Below are positions 20,013-30,931 of a stretch of DNA of 64,000 nucleotides, piece after piece. Source of the stretch: Longimicrobiales bacterium (lineage in GTDB: Bacteria > Gemmatimonadota > Gemmatimonadetes > Longimicrobiales > Gaopeijiaceae); NCBI GenBank assembly GCA_965116905.1, contig OZ220732.1, positions 3,008,001 to 3,072,000 of the forward strand, written 5' to 3'. A program made the position numbers and the translations under genes. Each line of letters starts with the position of its first letter. The first letter of the stretch is position 1. The notes under the pieces are model-generated. The model was not told where the DNA came from and did no database searches. It saw only the letters and a list, made by a program, of their open reading frames with translations.

Positions 20013-20840
20013 TCAGCAGACGATCGGAATCAGCGGCTGTGGCCGGACAGCGATCCCTTCAACGTACGTCACCGTGTAGACGCGGATCTGGCCGCACCCG
20101 CGGATGACTTCGACCCGGTACACCTCGCTCGTGGGCAGCGTCGCCAGTTCCTGCACTCCCCCGAAGGCGGGCGCGTCGTCCACGAAGACCCGCGGGCGCT
20201 GGGGCGTGGTGCCGCGGGTGCGTATGCAGTCGCGCCGCTGCGTGAAGGGACTGGTCGTAGAGAGGTCTTCGAAGCAGGGAACGAATTCGAATGCCGGCTG
20301 ACTGTGGAGAAACTGGGCCACGTTGAAGTCCGGCGCGAACCGCAGGGCTTCCTCCCCGTAGGCGTTGGTCAGGTACGGAAGCTCGCGCAGCCTCGTCGTC
20401 AGACGGTCCACAAAGACCTCGATGCCCTCGAGTACGATCGGCTTCGGAATGACCGCGATCTCGATGAACTGCCCCTCCCGGATGTCGAGCACCTGTATCA
20501 GGTCCGCGTACCCGATGCGGGACACGAGGACCGGGCTCGGTCCCGGTGGCACGTCCGAAATGCTGAACCGTCCGTTTTCCCCCGTGACGCCCAGAATGAT
20601 CGAGCCATCGAGACGCCGGGTTCCCTCGAGGCGCACGACCGCCCCCTCGACCGGCTCGCCCCGATAGGTATCGACGACCTCGCCGGCAAAGGTGACGGGC
20701 GAGGTCGAGCCCGCCTGGGCGGTCGCCGGCGGGACGCCCCCGAAGGCGGCCGCAACGATCCCCGCGACCGCTCCCGCACAAGGCAGCGCCGACATGGGCC
20801 GGCGCCCGGCGGGCACCGCGCTCGGACGCACCCCGGCCAT
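20013..20840 (-). CDS. exported protein: carboxypeptidase-regulatory-like domain plus TonB plug-like C-terminus, no beta-barrel
   Basis: Signal peptide; G.VVD...GEPVEGAVV, T..NGRF, RIGY; C-terminal VFVDD..LP..EVYRVEVIRG. Confidence 0.7.
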   Translation of the reverse strand: MAGVRPSAVPAGRRPMSALPCAGAVAGIVAAAFGGVPPATAQAGSTSPVTFAGEVVDTYRGEPVEGAVVRLEGTRRLDGSIILGVTGENGRFSISDVPPGPSPVLVSRIGYADLIQVLDIREGQFIEIAVIPKPIVLEGIEVFVDRLTTRLRELPYLTNAYGEEALRFAPDFNVAQFLHSQPAFEFVPCFEDLSTTSPFTQRRDCIRTRGTTPQRPRVFVDDAPAFGGVQELATLPTSEVYRVEVIRGCGQIRVYTVTYVEGIAVRPQPLIPIVC

Positions 20841-20845
20841 GGAGG

Positions 20846-21319
20846 TCAGCTCACGCTGCGCACAGCGTCGACGATCTCGGCGAACGGCGGCAGCACCCCG
20901 GGATCGTCACTGACCCATGCGAACCCGACGCTGCCCTCTGCGTCCACCACGAACACGGACCTCTTGGCCACCCCCTGGAGCCCGAAGAAATCCTGCTCGA
21001 GCACCCCGTAGGCCTCGGCGGCCGTCTTGTTGAAGTCGGACAGAATGGGGAACGGCACCCCCATGTCGCTCTTCCACTTCTGGTTCACGAACGGAGAGTC
21101 GATGCTGATGCCGTAGATTCGGGCGCCCAGACCACCCCACACGTCCCAGTGCTCGCCAACGTGGCAGAACTCCTCGGTGCAGACGCCGCTGAAGGCGAGA
21201 GGCACGAACATCAGCACGACCGGCTGACCGCGGTGCTCGCTCAGCGTCACCGGGTCGCGCCCGAAGACTTCGTGCAGGGTGAAATCAGGCGCCTGCTGTC
21301 CAACGGATAACTCACTCAC
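20846..21319 (-). CDS. 1-Cys peroxiredoxin, AhpC/TSA (AhpE-like)
   Basis: VGQQAPDFTL, FVPLAFSGVCTEE (PxxxSxxC), GISIDS, ILSDFN, KRSVFVVD. Confidence 0.88.
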   Translation of the reverse strand: MSELSVGQQAPDFTLHEVFGRDPVTLSEHRGQPVVLMFVPLAFSGVCTEEFCHVGEHWDVWGGLGARIYGISIDSPFVNQKWKSDMGVPFPILSDFNKTAAEAYGVLEQDFFGLQGVAKRSVFVVDAEGSVGFAWVSDDPGVLPPFAEIVDAVRSVS

Positions 21320-21340
21320 GCGCTACCTGTCCTTTTCATG

Positions 21341-21376
21341 CATTGGTGTGTCCTCCAACATTGGTGTGTCCTCCAA
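21341..21376. repeat. perfect 18-bp tandem duplication
   Basis: CATTGGTGTGTCCTCCAA x2, intergenic. Confidence 0.95.
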
Positions 21377-21388
21377 GGTAACAGGCCG

Positions 21389-22480
21389 TCATCCGCCGTC
21401 GGAAACCGACCCCGGCCTGCTGCTGTGCCTCGTCCATATCAGCACCACCCCGCACGCGTTGCCACGGTATTCGACCGGGGCCCGGCTCCCCCAGTACACC
21501 TCCGCGAGCTCCACCCAGTCCGGGGGAATCTGGTCGATGTTCACCGATCCCTCGATGTCGACCCCGAAGGGAATCCCGTCGACGTACACCGAAAGCTGAC
21601 AGTTGCTCGGGGCCATCAGCACGGACCGGTAGGTCGACTCGCGACTGATCTTGAGGCCCGGAATGTGAGAGAACGCGTCCGAGATGCGAGGAGAACCCCT
21701 TTCCTCGATGGCACGCTTCGTGAGCAGGTGCATCACCCGTCCCTGATCCATGCGCCGATACACGCCGTTCGCCTCCAGAAACTGGGAACGGACCTCGACC
21801 CGGAGGGGGCGCAGCGGCACCGCCTCGATCGTCATCTCCACTTCGACAGCCGTCGTGTGATCCGGATGAAGCGTGACGGGCTCGGTGCGCGAGGCATAGC
21901 CGATCATCTCCACCTGGAGCTGTACCGCCTGGGATCCAAGGTCCCTGAACTCGGCGCGCCCGTCAGCGTTGGTCACCGCCATGGCGCCGTCCGCGAGGGT
22001 TACCGTCGCGCCTTCGATCGGACGTGCCCCGTAGGCCTCGACGACCTTGACCACCAGTCGTGACGGAGCGCCCGGTTCGCCTTCGTCCGCCTGGCTCATG
22101 CGCAGCACGAAGTCCCCGGGCCTGATGACCTGGAAGTCGCCGCGCAACGTCGCGTAACCGCCCTTTCGGACGGTCAGCATGTAGTCCCCGACCGGCGCAT
22201 CGAAGGAAACGCGTCCGTCCTCGCCCGTCACATAGCGGTTGGCGAGGCCGGAGAGCTCCAGGACGGCACCAAGCAGGTCGGCGCTCGTGTCGACATCCTG
22301 GATCCGCGCGGTAATGCGCACGACGTCCGGCTCATTCTCGCTCTGGGCGTGCGCGGCGCCAGGGAGGACGGCGCCCGCAAGGGGGAGCGCCACGAGGGCG
22401 GCAGCGACCCGGAGTCCGCGAATGCAGCCCGGCGCAGCGAGCTTGACCGACAACGTTGGTTTCGGCGCCATGGCATGCAT
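21389..22480 (-). CDS. exported protein: two carboxypeptidase-regulatory-like domains plus TonB plug domain, no beta-barrel
   Basis: Signal peptide (AHA-Q); two T..DGR...F / GY repeats; C-terminal C..VYVDG..IDQIPPDWVELAEVY.G..PVEY...CGVVLIWTR. Confidence 0.75.
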   Translation of the reverse strand: MHAMAPKPTLSVKLAAPGCIRGLRVAAALVALPLAGAVLPGAAHAQSENEPDVVRITARIQDVDTSADLLGAVLELSGLANRYVTGEDGRVSFDAPVGDYMLTVRKGGYATLRGDFQVIRPGDFVLRMSQADEGEPGAPSRLVVKVVEAYGARPIEGATVTLADGAMAVTNADGRAEFRDLGSQAVQLQVEMIGYASRTEPVTLHPDHTTAVEVEMTIEAVPLRPLRVEVRSQFLEANGVYRRMDQGRVMHLLTKRAIEERGSPRISDAFSHIPGLKISRESTYRSVLMAPSNCQLSVYVDGIPFGVDIEGSVNIDQIPPDWVELAEVYWGSRAPVEYRGNACGVVLIWTRHSSRPGSVSDGG

Positions 22481-22515
22481 CGGCTACCCTCCCGCTTGGG
22501 CCCCTTTCCACATGT

Positions 22516-22543
22516 ATAGTACCATTCGCGTCGGCGGTGACAA
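22516..22543 (-). promoter_or_regulatory. putative sigma70 promoter for the 22480 gene
   Basis: TTGTCA-N16-TACTAT with extended -10 TG on the minus strand; GGGAGG SD downstream. Confidence 0.5.
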
Positions 22544-22655
22544 GCGGAGGACGGCTCACCGGCCGAACACCGCCGGCGGCAGGGACCCCGACGGGACCCG
22601 TCACCCCCCAGCCCTCGCGCGCGGCCCGCGCACTCGCTGGCGAGCGCGTGTTCAC

Positions 22656-22685
22656 TGGCGAAGAGGTACCGTTCCGGTCTATAAT
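22656..22685 (+). promoter_or_regulatory. putative sigma70 promoter (leaderless) for the DUF1592 operon
   Basis: TGGCGA-N18-TATAAT, with ATG 22693 seven nt after the -10 hexamer. Confidence 0.55.
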
Positions 22686-22692
22686 TATGGCT

Positions 22693-25155
22693 ATGAGCAA
22701 ATACGCCATTGCGTTGCTGGCGGCGGGCGCTCTGAGCCTCGGCCTGGCCGGGTCCGCCGGGACGCCGTCGTACGTTCTTGAGGACGCCCCTCCGGGCCAT
22801 GATGCATCGGCCGCGCGCGGCCCCCTGGCAACCGCCGACGAGTCGCCGACGGAAGTGGCGAACGAGGTCGTTGCACAGTACTGCGTCCGATGCCACAGCG
22901 AGCGCCGAAGGGTTGGCGACCTCGTGCTCGAGGGATTCGATATCGCGGAGGCCTCCGAGCGCGGTCCGACGATCGAGAAGATGATCCGCAAGCTGCGAGC
23001 GGGGATGATGCCTCCTCAGGGGGTGCGGCGTCCCGAGCCGGAAGTGATCACCGCCATGGCGAGCGAACTCGAGACCGCGATGGACGAGCTCGCCGCGCGG
23101 GACCCGAACCCGGGACGGCGGACCTTCCAGCGGCTCAACCGCGCCGAGTACGCGGCGGCCGTCAGGGATCTCCTCGGGGTCGACATCGATGTGAGCTCGT
23201 TTCTGCCGCTCGACACCAAGAGCGCCAACTTCGACAACATCGCCGACGTCCAGATGCCCTCCGCGACCGTGATGGAAGGCTACCTGCGCGCCGCCGGGCA
23301 GATCAGCAGGCTCGCGCTCGGCGACCCCGAGGCGGAGGTGTCGTCGGCCATCTACCGGATCCCGCGGGTAGCGTCGCAGAAGGACCGCGTAGAGGGCGCA
23401 CCCATCGGTACCCGGGGCGGGCTTTCGGTCATGCACAACTTCCCCGCCGACGGGAAGTACGTGTTCCACATCATGCCCTACGCCGCCGTCGAGGGAGAGG
23501 TCTTCGGACGGACGTTCGGGACCGAGCAGCTCGAGGTATCCATCGACGGCGCCCGGGTGTCGCTGCTCACCATCGACCGCTGGATGTCGGAATCGGAGCC
23601 CACCGGGCTCAACATCCGGACGGATTCCATCTACGTCACGGCGGGACAGAAGCGCGTTTCGGTGGCCTTCATCCGCCAGTTCGAGGGCGCGGTGGACGAC
23701 CTGATCAGGCCGATCGACCACACCCTCGCCGACGGACAGATCGGGATCGGCCTGGGGGTGACAACCCAGCAGCACCTGCAGCGCGTCACCGTTCTCGGGC
23801 CCTTCGGCGTCACCGGCGTATCGGACACGCCGGCGCGGCGCGCGGTCTTCACCTGCCGGCCCACGTCGCCCGAAGAGGAAGGGCCCTGCGCCCGGCAGAT
23901 CCTCGCGCACCTCGCCACGAGGGCCTATCGGCGCCCCGCGATCGACCGCGACGTCGACGGCCTCATGAGCTTCTACGAACAGGGCGCGGGCGACGGCGGC
24001 TTCGAGAAGGGTGTCCGCACGGCCCTGCAGGCCATCCTGGCGAGCCCCCACTTCATCTTCCGCCTCGAACGGCTGCCTTCCGAGGTCGGGCCCGGCGGCG
24101 TGTACGCGATCGACGACCTGGACCTCGCGTCCCGGCTCTCGTTCTTCCTCTGGGGCGCGCCCCCGGACGAGGACCTCCTGGAGGCGGCCCGGACCGGTGC
24201 GCTCTCCGATGCCGTGCAGCTGGACGGTCACGCGCGACGCATGCTCGCCGATCCCCGCTCCGGGGCGCTGGCGACACGTTTCGCCGCGCAGTGGCTGAGG
24301 CTGCAGGACATCGAGGACATCCACCCGGACGCGCTCACCTTCCCCTACTTCGACCAGACGCTGGCCGACGCGATGGTGCGGGAGACCGAGCTCTTCTTCT
24401 CTCACCTGGTCGAGGAAGACCGGCCCGTCCTGGAGCTGCTGACGGCGGACTACACCTTCGTGAACGAGCGGTTGGCACGACACTACGGGATCACCGGTGT
24501 CGTGGGCCCCGATTTCGGCAGGGTTTCCTATCCCACCGACAATCGCCGCGGGCTCCTGGGCCACGGCAGCGTCCTCACCCTGACCTCCCACCCCGACCGC
24601 ACATCTCCGGTTTTGCGCGGCAAGTGGGTGCTCGAGGTCCTGCTGGGCGCCCCCCCTCCCCCGCCTCCGCCGGACATCCCCGCCTTCGAGGAGACCGCCG
24701 CGGCCGAAGAGGGACGCTTTCTTACGGTGAGGGAGCGCATGGAGGAGCACCGCGCGAACCCGGCCTGCAGTTCGTGCCACAACGTCATCGACCCGCTCGG
24801 GCTCGCGCTCGAGAACTTCGATGTAACCGGCGCCTGGCGGATCCGGGACGAAGGCAACCCGGTCGATCCCGTGGGCACGATGTACGATGGCACCGAGCTG
24901 GCGGGACCCGCCGACCTGCGCAGCGCGCTTCTGTCCGTTTCCGACGTCGTCGTCAGCACCTTTGCCGAGAACCTGATGGCGTACGCACTGGGCCGGCGAG
25001 TCGAGTACTATGACATGCCCACGATCCGGCAGATCATCCGGGACGCGTCGGAAGACGACTATCGCGTATCGGCGTTCATCCTGGGCGTCGTGAACAGCCC
25101 CGCCTTCCGGATGGCGAGCATGGGCACCATCGCCGAGGAAGAAGCCGAATTCTGA
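22693..25155 (+). CDS. DUF1592/DUF1587/DUF1588/DUF1585/DUF1595-type protein with two c-heme motifs
   Basis: Signal peptide; YCVRCH, KLRAGMMPP, RLNRAEY, LASRLSFFLW..PD, TSPVLRGKWVL, ACSSCH..IDPLG.ALENFD. Confidence 0.9.
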   Translation: MSKYAIALLAAGALSLGLAGSAGTPSYVLEDAPPGHDASAARGPLATADESPTEVANEVVAQYCVRCHSERRRVGDLVLEGFDIAEASERGPTIEKMIRKLRAGMMPPQGVRRPEPEVITAMASELETAMDELAARDPNPGRRTFQRLNRAEYAAAVRDLLGVDIDVSSFLPLDTKSANFDNIADVQMPSATVMEGYLRAAGQISRLALGDPEAEVSSAIYRIPRVASQKDRVEGAPIGTRGGLSVMHNFPADGKYVFHIMPYAAVEGEVFGRTFGTEQLEVSIDGARVSLLTIDRWMSESEPTGLNIRTDSIYVTAGQKRVSVAFIRQFEGAVDDLIRPIDHTLADGQIGIGLGVTTQQHLQRVTVLGPFGVTGVSDTPARRAVFTCRPTSPEEEGPCARQILAHLATRAYRRPAIDRDVDGLMSFYEQGAGDGGFEKGVRTALQAILASPHFIFRLERLPSEVGPGGVYAIDDLDLASRLSFFLWGAPPDEDLLEAARTGALSDAVQLDGHARRMLADPRSGALATRFAAQWLRLQDIEDIHPDALTFPYFDQTLADAMVRETELFFSHLVEEDRPVLELLTADYTFVNERLARHYGITGVVGPDFGRVSYPTDNRRGLLGHGSVLTLTSHPDRTSPVLRGKWVLEVLLGAPPPPPPPDIPAFEETAAAEEGRFLTVRERMEEHRANPACSSCHNVIDPLGLALENFDVTGAWRIRDEGNPVDPVGTMYDGTELAGPADLRSALLSVSDVVVSTFAENLMAYALGRRVEYYDMPTIRQIIRDASEDDYRVSAFILGVVNSPAFRMASMGTIAEEEAEF

Positions 25156-25198
25156 CGCAGATCCGTTCCACACCCCCGACGAGGGAGGTTCGAAACAA

Positions 25199-26587
25199 AT
25201 GCGATACCTGACCGGCAAGCACATTTCGCGGCGCGCAATGCTCAAGGGCGCCGGGGCGGCTGTCGGCCTGCCCCTTCTGGATGCCATGATCCCGGCCGGG
25301 CGGTTGTGGGCGGCCACGGAAGCCGGAAAGGCGGCCAGCCGAACCCGGGTGGTGTGCATCGAGCAGGTGCATGGCGCCGCCGGTTGCAACGACTGGGGCA
25401 GGTCCCAGAACCTGTGGTCACCCGCGGAGACGGGACGCGACTTCGACCTGACGTCCAGCAGCCTGCGGCCAATGGAGTCGTTCAGGAAGTACCTGACGAT
25501 CATTAGCGACACCGACGCGAGGATGGCCGACGCCTACGCTCCCGCGGAGATCGGCGGGGACCACTTCCGGACCAGCGCCGTCTTCCTCACGCAGGCTCAT
25601 CCCAAGCAGACCGAGGGTTCCGACGTGCGCGTGGGGACCTCGTTCGATCAGCTGTACGTGCAGCGCTTCGGCCAGGATACGCCGATCCCGTCCCTGCAGC
25701 TGTCCATCGAGAACGTCGATCAGGCCGGGGGATGCGCCTACGGCTACGCGTGCGTGTACACGGATACGATCAGCTGGGCCTCGCCAACCGAGCCTCTGCC
25801 GATGATCCGCGACCCGAGAGCCGTCTTCGAACAGCTCTTCGGGGCCGGGGGAACGCCCGAACAGCGCGCGGAGCGCCTGAGCACCGACCGGAGCATCCTC
25901 GATTGGGTCAGGGGCGAGATGTCGATGATGCGCCGCAAGCTCGACCCGGCCGACGTCCACAGACTGGACCAGTACGCGAACAACATCCGGGAGCTTGAAC
26001 AGCGGATCCAGCGGATCGAGGCGCAGAACTCGAGCGGCGAGGAGCGGGCGATTCCAGAAGCCCCGGTAGGCGTCCCTGATTCGTTCGAGGAGCACGTAAA
26101 GCTGATGTTCGACCTGCAGGTGCTCGCCTTCCAGTCGGACACGACGCGCGTGTTCTCGTTCAAGCTGGGCCGCGACGCCTCGCCGCGGGTCTATCCCGAG
26201 TCGGGCGTGGACGCACCCTTCCACGCGTCGTCCCACCACGGGGGCCGCGAGGACCGGGTTCGCCAGTTCGGCAAGATCAACGAGTACCACGTGTCGATGG
26301 TGCCGTACTTCCTGGAGAAGCTGCAGGCGGTGACCGAGGGCGACGCCACGCTCCTCGACAAGACGCTCCTCATGTACGGCTCCGCGATGGCCGACAGCAA
26401 CCTCCACAACCACACCCGCTGCCCGCTCTTCCTGGCGGGAGGCGCCAACGGCCTCCTCGAGGGCGAACAGCACATCCGGGCGCAACCCGGCACGCCGATG
26501 GCCAACGTGATGCTGAGCCTCCTGCACAAGCTGGGCGCCGACGATATCAGGAAGTTCGGGAACAGCACGGGCCACTTCGCGATCTAG
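25199..26587 (+). CDS. DUF1552 family protein, Tat-exported
   Basis: ISRRAMLKG Tat motif, LPLLDAM, C..GY.C.Y..TISW, LAFQSDTTRV, HASSHH, N.H.H. Confidence 0.9.
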   Translation: MRYLTGKHISRRAMLKGAGAAVGLPLLDAMIPAGRLWAATEAGKAASRTRVVCIEQVHGAAGCNDWGRSQNLWSPAETGRDFDLTSSSLRPMESFRKYLTIISDTDARMADAYAPAEIGGDHFRTSAVFLTQAHPKQTEGSDVRVGTSFDQLYVQRFGQDTPIPSLQLSIENVDQAGGCAYGYACVYTDTISWASPTEPLPMIRDPRAVFEQLFGAGGTPEQRAERLSTDRSILDWVRGEMSMMRRKLDPADVHRLDQYANNIRELEQRIQRIEAQNSSGEERAIPEAPVGVPDSFEEHVKLMFDLQVLAFQSDTTRVFSFKLGRDASPRVYPESGVDAPFHASSHHGGREDRVRQFGKINEYHVSMVPYFLEKLQAVTEGDATLLDKTLLMYGSAMADSNLHNHTRCPLFLAGGANGLLEGEQHIRAQPGTPMANVMLSLLHKLGADDIRKFGNSTGHFAI

Positions 26588-26595
26588 GAGGTGGG

Positions 26596-28488
26596 ATGAT
26601 GACGGCAAGCCGTTCTGACCGGTCGCCGGCCGGTAGATCGCGCTCGAAGCGCACGTTTGTCCGGATCCTCGCACTCGCGTCGGTCATTGCCGCCGCGGGG
26701 GCGGTCGCACCCGTTGAATCGCCCGTCGCGGACGCGGCGGAGCGCGGCGACCTGGAAGCGGTGCGGGCTCTGCTCAGGCAGGGCGCGGACGTCAATACCG
26801 CCCAGAGCGACGGGATGACCGCGCTTCACTGGGCAGCGAACACCAACGACGTGGAAATCGCGAAGGCCCTGCTGTACGCGGGGGCGACGGTGCGGGCAAC
26901 GACGCGGCTCGGCGGATACACGCCGTTGCACCTCGCCAGCCGGAGCGGCCATACCGAGGTTGCGCGGCTGGTCCTGGAGGCCGGTGCGGACCCGGATGCC
27001 TTCACCACGACCGGTGTCACCGCCATGCACTTCGCGGCGGACGCCGACGCGGGCGGCGTGGTCGAGGCCCTGGCGGCGCACGGCGGCAATGTGAATGCGC
27101 GGGACGACTTCGCCGAGCGCACACCTCTGATGTTCGCCGCGGCGCGCGGCGCCGATGCCGCGGTACGGGCCCTGCTTGACGCGGGGGCCGATGTCACGCT
27201 GGTGACCCGCGTGAAGGACTACGAGACGATCGACCAGAGTCTGCGCGCCGAGCAGCGCCAGCGGGCCCGGGTGAGGGCCGCGGCCGAGGAGCCCGAAGAG
27301 GAAGAGGAAGTCAGCGAGGCGTCGGCATCGCCGGTACCCGCACGGGCGCCTCAGGCCCGGCAGCCCGGCAACCCGGCCGCGCCCGCGGCGGCACCGGGCC
27401 AGCCCGAACCCGAAGAACCGGCCAAGGCACCGGAGGAGCCGGAGGAGCCACCGGTCAAGGCTCTGACCTCGGCGCAGCAGATCGGGAAACAGGGCGGCTT
27501 CAACGCGCTGCACTACGCGGCTCGGGAGGGCAACCGCTCGACGGCGGCTCTGCTTCTCGACTCGGGCGCGGGCGTCGACCAGCCCACCGCGGGCGACCAG
27601 TCCTCTCCGCTCCTGGTGGCCGTCGTCAACGGCAACTACGACCTCGGGCGCGACCTGCTCGAGCGCGGAGCCGACCCCAACATCGTCAGCGACGACGGCG
27701 CCGGGCCGCTCTTCGCGACACTCAACATCGAGTGGTCGCTGCGCACCTGGTACCCGCAGCCGCAGGCCTTCCGCCAGCAGGAGACGGACTACCTCGAATT
27801 CATGAGACTGCTCCTCGACGCGGGCGCGGATCCCAACCAGCGGACGACCACACACATCTGGTACGCCGCCTACAACGCCGGCCGCATGGGTGTCGACTTC
27901 ACAGGCGCGACTCCCTTCTGGCGGGCGGCATACGCCACGGACGTGGAGGCCATGCGCCTTCTGGTCGACTACGGGGCGGACCCCAACATCTGGACCACCA
28001 GACTGCCGGACCGCCGCCGCTTCTTCGACCCGAACTTCCCGGACACCCGTCCCGAGGACACGCCGGCCGACCCATCCGGGTTGCCGCCCGTTCCGGTCGG
28101 CGGGCCCGCCGTGCACCCTCTGCACGCGGCGTCGGGCGTTGGCTTCGGCACTTCCAGGGTGGCTCAGCAGCACCGCGCCGTCCCTGACGGATGGCTCCCT
28201 GCGGTGCGCTATCTGGTCGACGAACTCGGGATCGACCCCAACCTGCGCGACAAGGACGGCTACAACGCCATCCATCACTCCGCGGCCCGGGGCGACAACG
28301 AAACCATCCTCTTCCTGGTCAGCCGCGGCACGGACATCCATGCCATCAGCCGTCGCGGCCAGACCACGGCGGACCTGGCGAACAGCCCGGAGCAGCGTGC
28401 ACAGCCCCACCCGGCCACCGTCGCGCTGCTCGAGAAACTCGGCTCGCGCAACAACCACCAGTGCCGTTCCTGCGGGGGGAACGACTGA
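26596..28488 (+). CDS. exported ankyrin-repeat protein
   Basis: Many G.TALH.AA / TPL.AA..GAD.N repeats; Glu/Pro-rich linker; C-terminal CRSC. Confidence 0.9.
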   Translation: MMTASRSDRSPAGRSRSKRTFVRILALASVIAAAGAVAPVESPVADAAERGDLEAVRALLRQGADVNTAQSDGMTALHWAANTNDVEIAKALLYAGATVRATTRLGGYTPLHLASRSGHTEVARLVLEAGADPDAFTTTGVTAMHFAADADAGGVVEALAAHGGNVNARDDFAERTPLMFAAARGADAAVRALLDAGADVTLVTRVKDYETIDQSLRAEQRQRARVRAAAEEPEEEEEVSEASASPVPARAPQARQPGNPAAPAAAPGQPEPEEPAKAPEEPEEPPVKALTSAQQIGKQGGFNALHYAAREGNRSTAALLLDSGAGVDQPTAGDQSSPLLVAVVNGNYDLGRDLLERGADPNIVSDDGAGPLFATLNIEWSLRTWYPQPQAFRQQETDYLEFMRLLLDAGADPNQRTTTHIWYAAYNAGRMGVDFTGATPFWRAAYATDVEAMRLLVDYGADPNIWTTRLPDRRRFFDPNFPDTRPEDTPADPSGLPPVPVGGPAVHPLHAASGVGFGTSRVAQQHRAVPDGWLPAVRYLVDELGIDPNLRDKDGYNAIHHSAARGDNETILFLVSRGTDIHAISRRGQTTADLANSPEQRAQPHPATVALLEKLGSRNNHQCRSCGGND

Positions 28489-29048
28489 TGGAGGGGAGAG
28501 CGCCCGACGGACCCGCGTCGGCGCGGCGCGGCGCGGCCTCGCTGGTCGCCGCCGCGGCTGCGATGCTGTCTCTGCCGGCGCCCGGCGCCGCCCAGGACAC
28601 CGAGTGGAACCGCTACACGCTCGAAGACCTCGTCGGCGTGCATGTGCGCGCCGAGACCAACCAGGGGTGCGAGGGGGCGGGCCTCTCGGCCGAGTCCATC
28701 CGGACGGACGCGGTGGCCGCGCTGGAGGCGGCGGAGGTGCCGCTCCTGACCGAGCGCGAGATGCTCGAGAGTCCGGGAATCCCCGAACTCAGGGTCACGC
28801 TGGAGTGTGGCGGGGGCGTGGCGGGCGTCGTGGGCTACTCGGTGTCGATCCGGGTGCAGCAGGCGACCCAGATGATCCGCGACAACCAGATCACCCTGTC
28901 GGAAGCCGTCACGTGGTGGACGACGGGCGTCGGCGTCGCCGAGGCGGGGACCGTCCCCGACGCGCTCGGTGCCGAACTGCAGGCCAGGCTGGCCGTCTTC
29001 GCCGACGCGTTTGCGGCAGCCAATGCCGAGGAGGAAGGCTCGGGCTAG
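28488..29048 (+). CDS. hypothetical exported protein
   Basis: ATG overlaps the ankyrin stop (TGATG); signal peptide AAA-Q-like; two Cys; typical codon bias. Confidence 0.7.
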   Translation: MEGRAPDGPASARRGAASLVAAAAAMLSLPAPGAAQDTEWNRYTLEDLVGVHVRAETNQGCEGAGLSAESIRTDAVAALEAAEVPLLTEREMLESPGIPELRVTLECGGGVAGVVGYSVSIRVQQATQMIRDNQITLSEAVTWWTTGVGVAEAGTVPDALGAELQARLAVFADAFAAANAEEEGSG

Positions 29049-29056
29049 GGCTCGGA

Positions 29057-30919
<1,863 letters not shown>

Positions 30920-30931
30920 GCGGAGGGGCTG

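Noticed and set aside
22228..25512. 1094-aa antisense ORF and similar long shadow ORFs (e.g. 1553-3796, 3805-5646, 26584-28458, 31539-33320, 57105-59051, 59432-61870)
   Set aside because: They are antisense to well-supported genes, lack recognisable motifs, and are expected in high-GC DNA.
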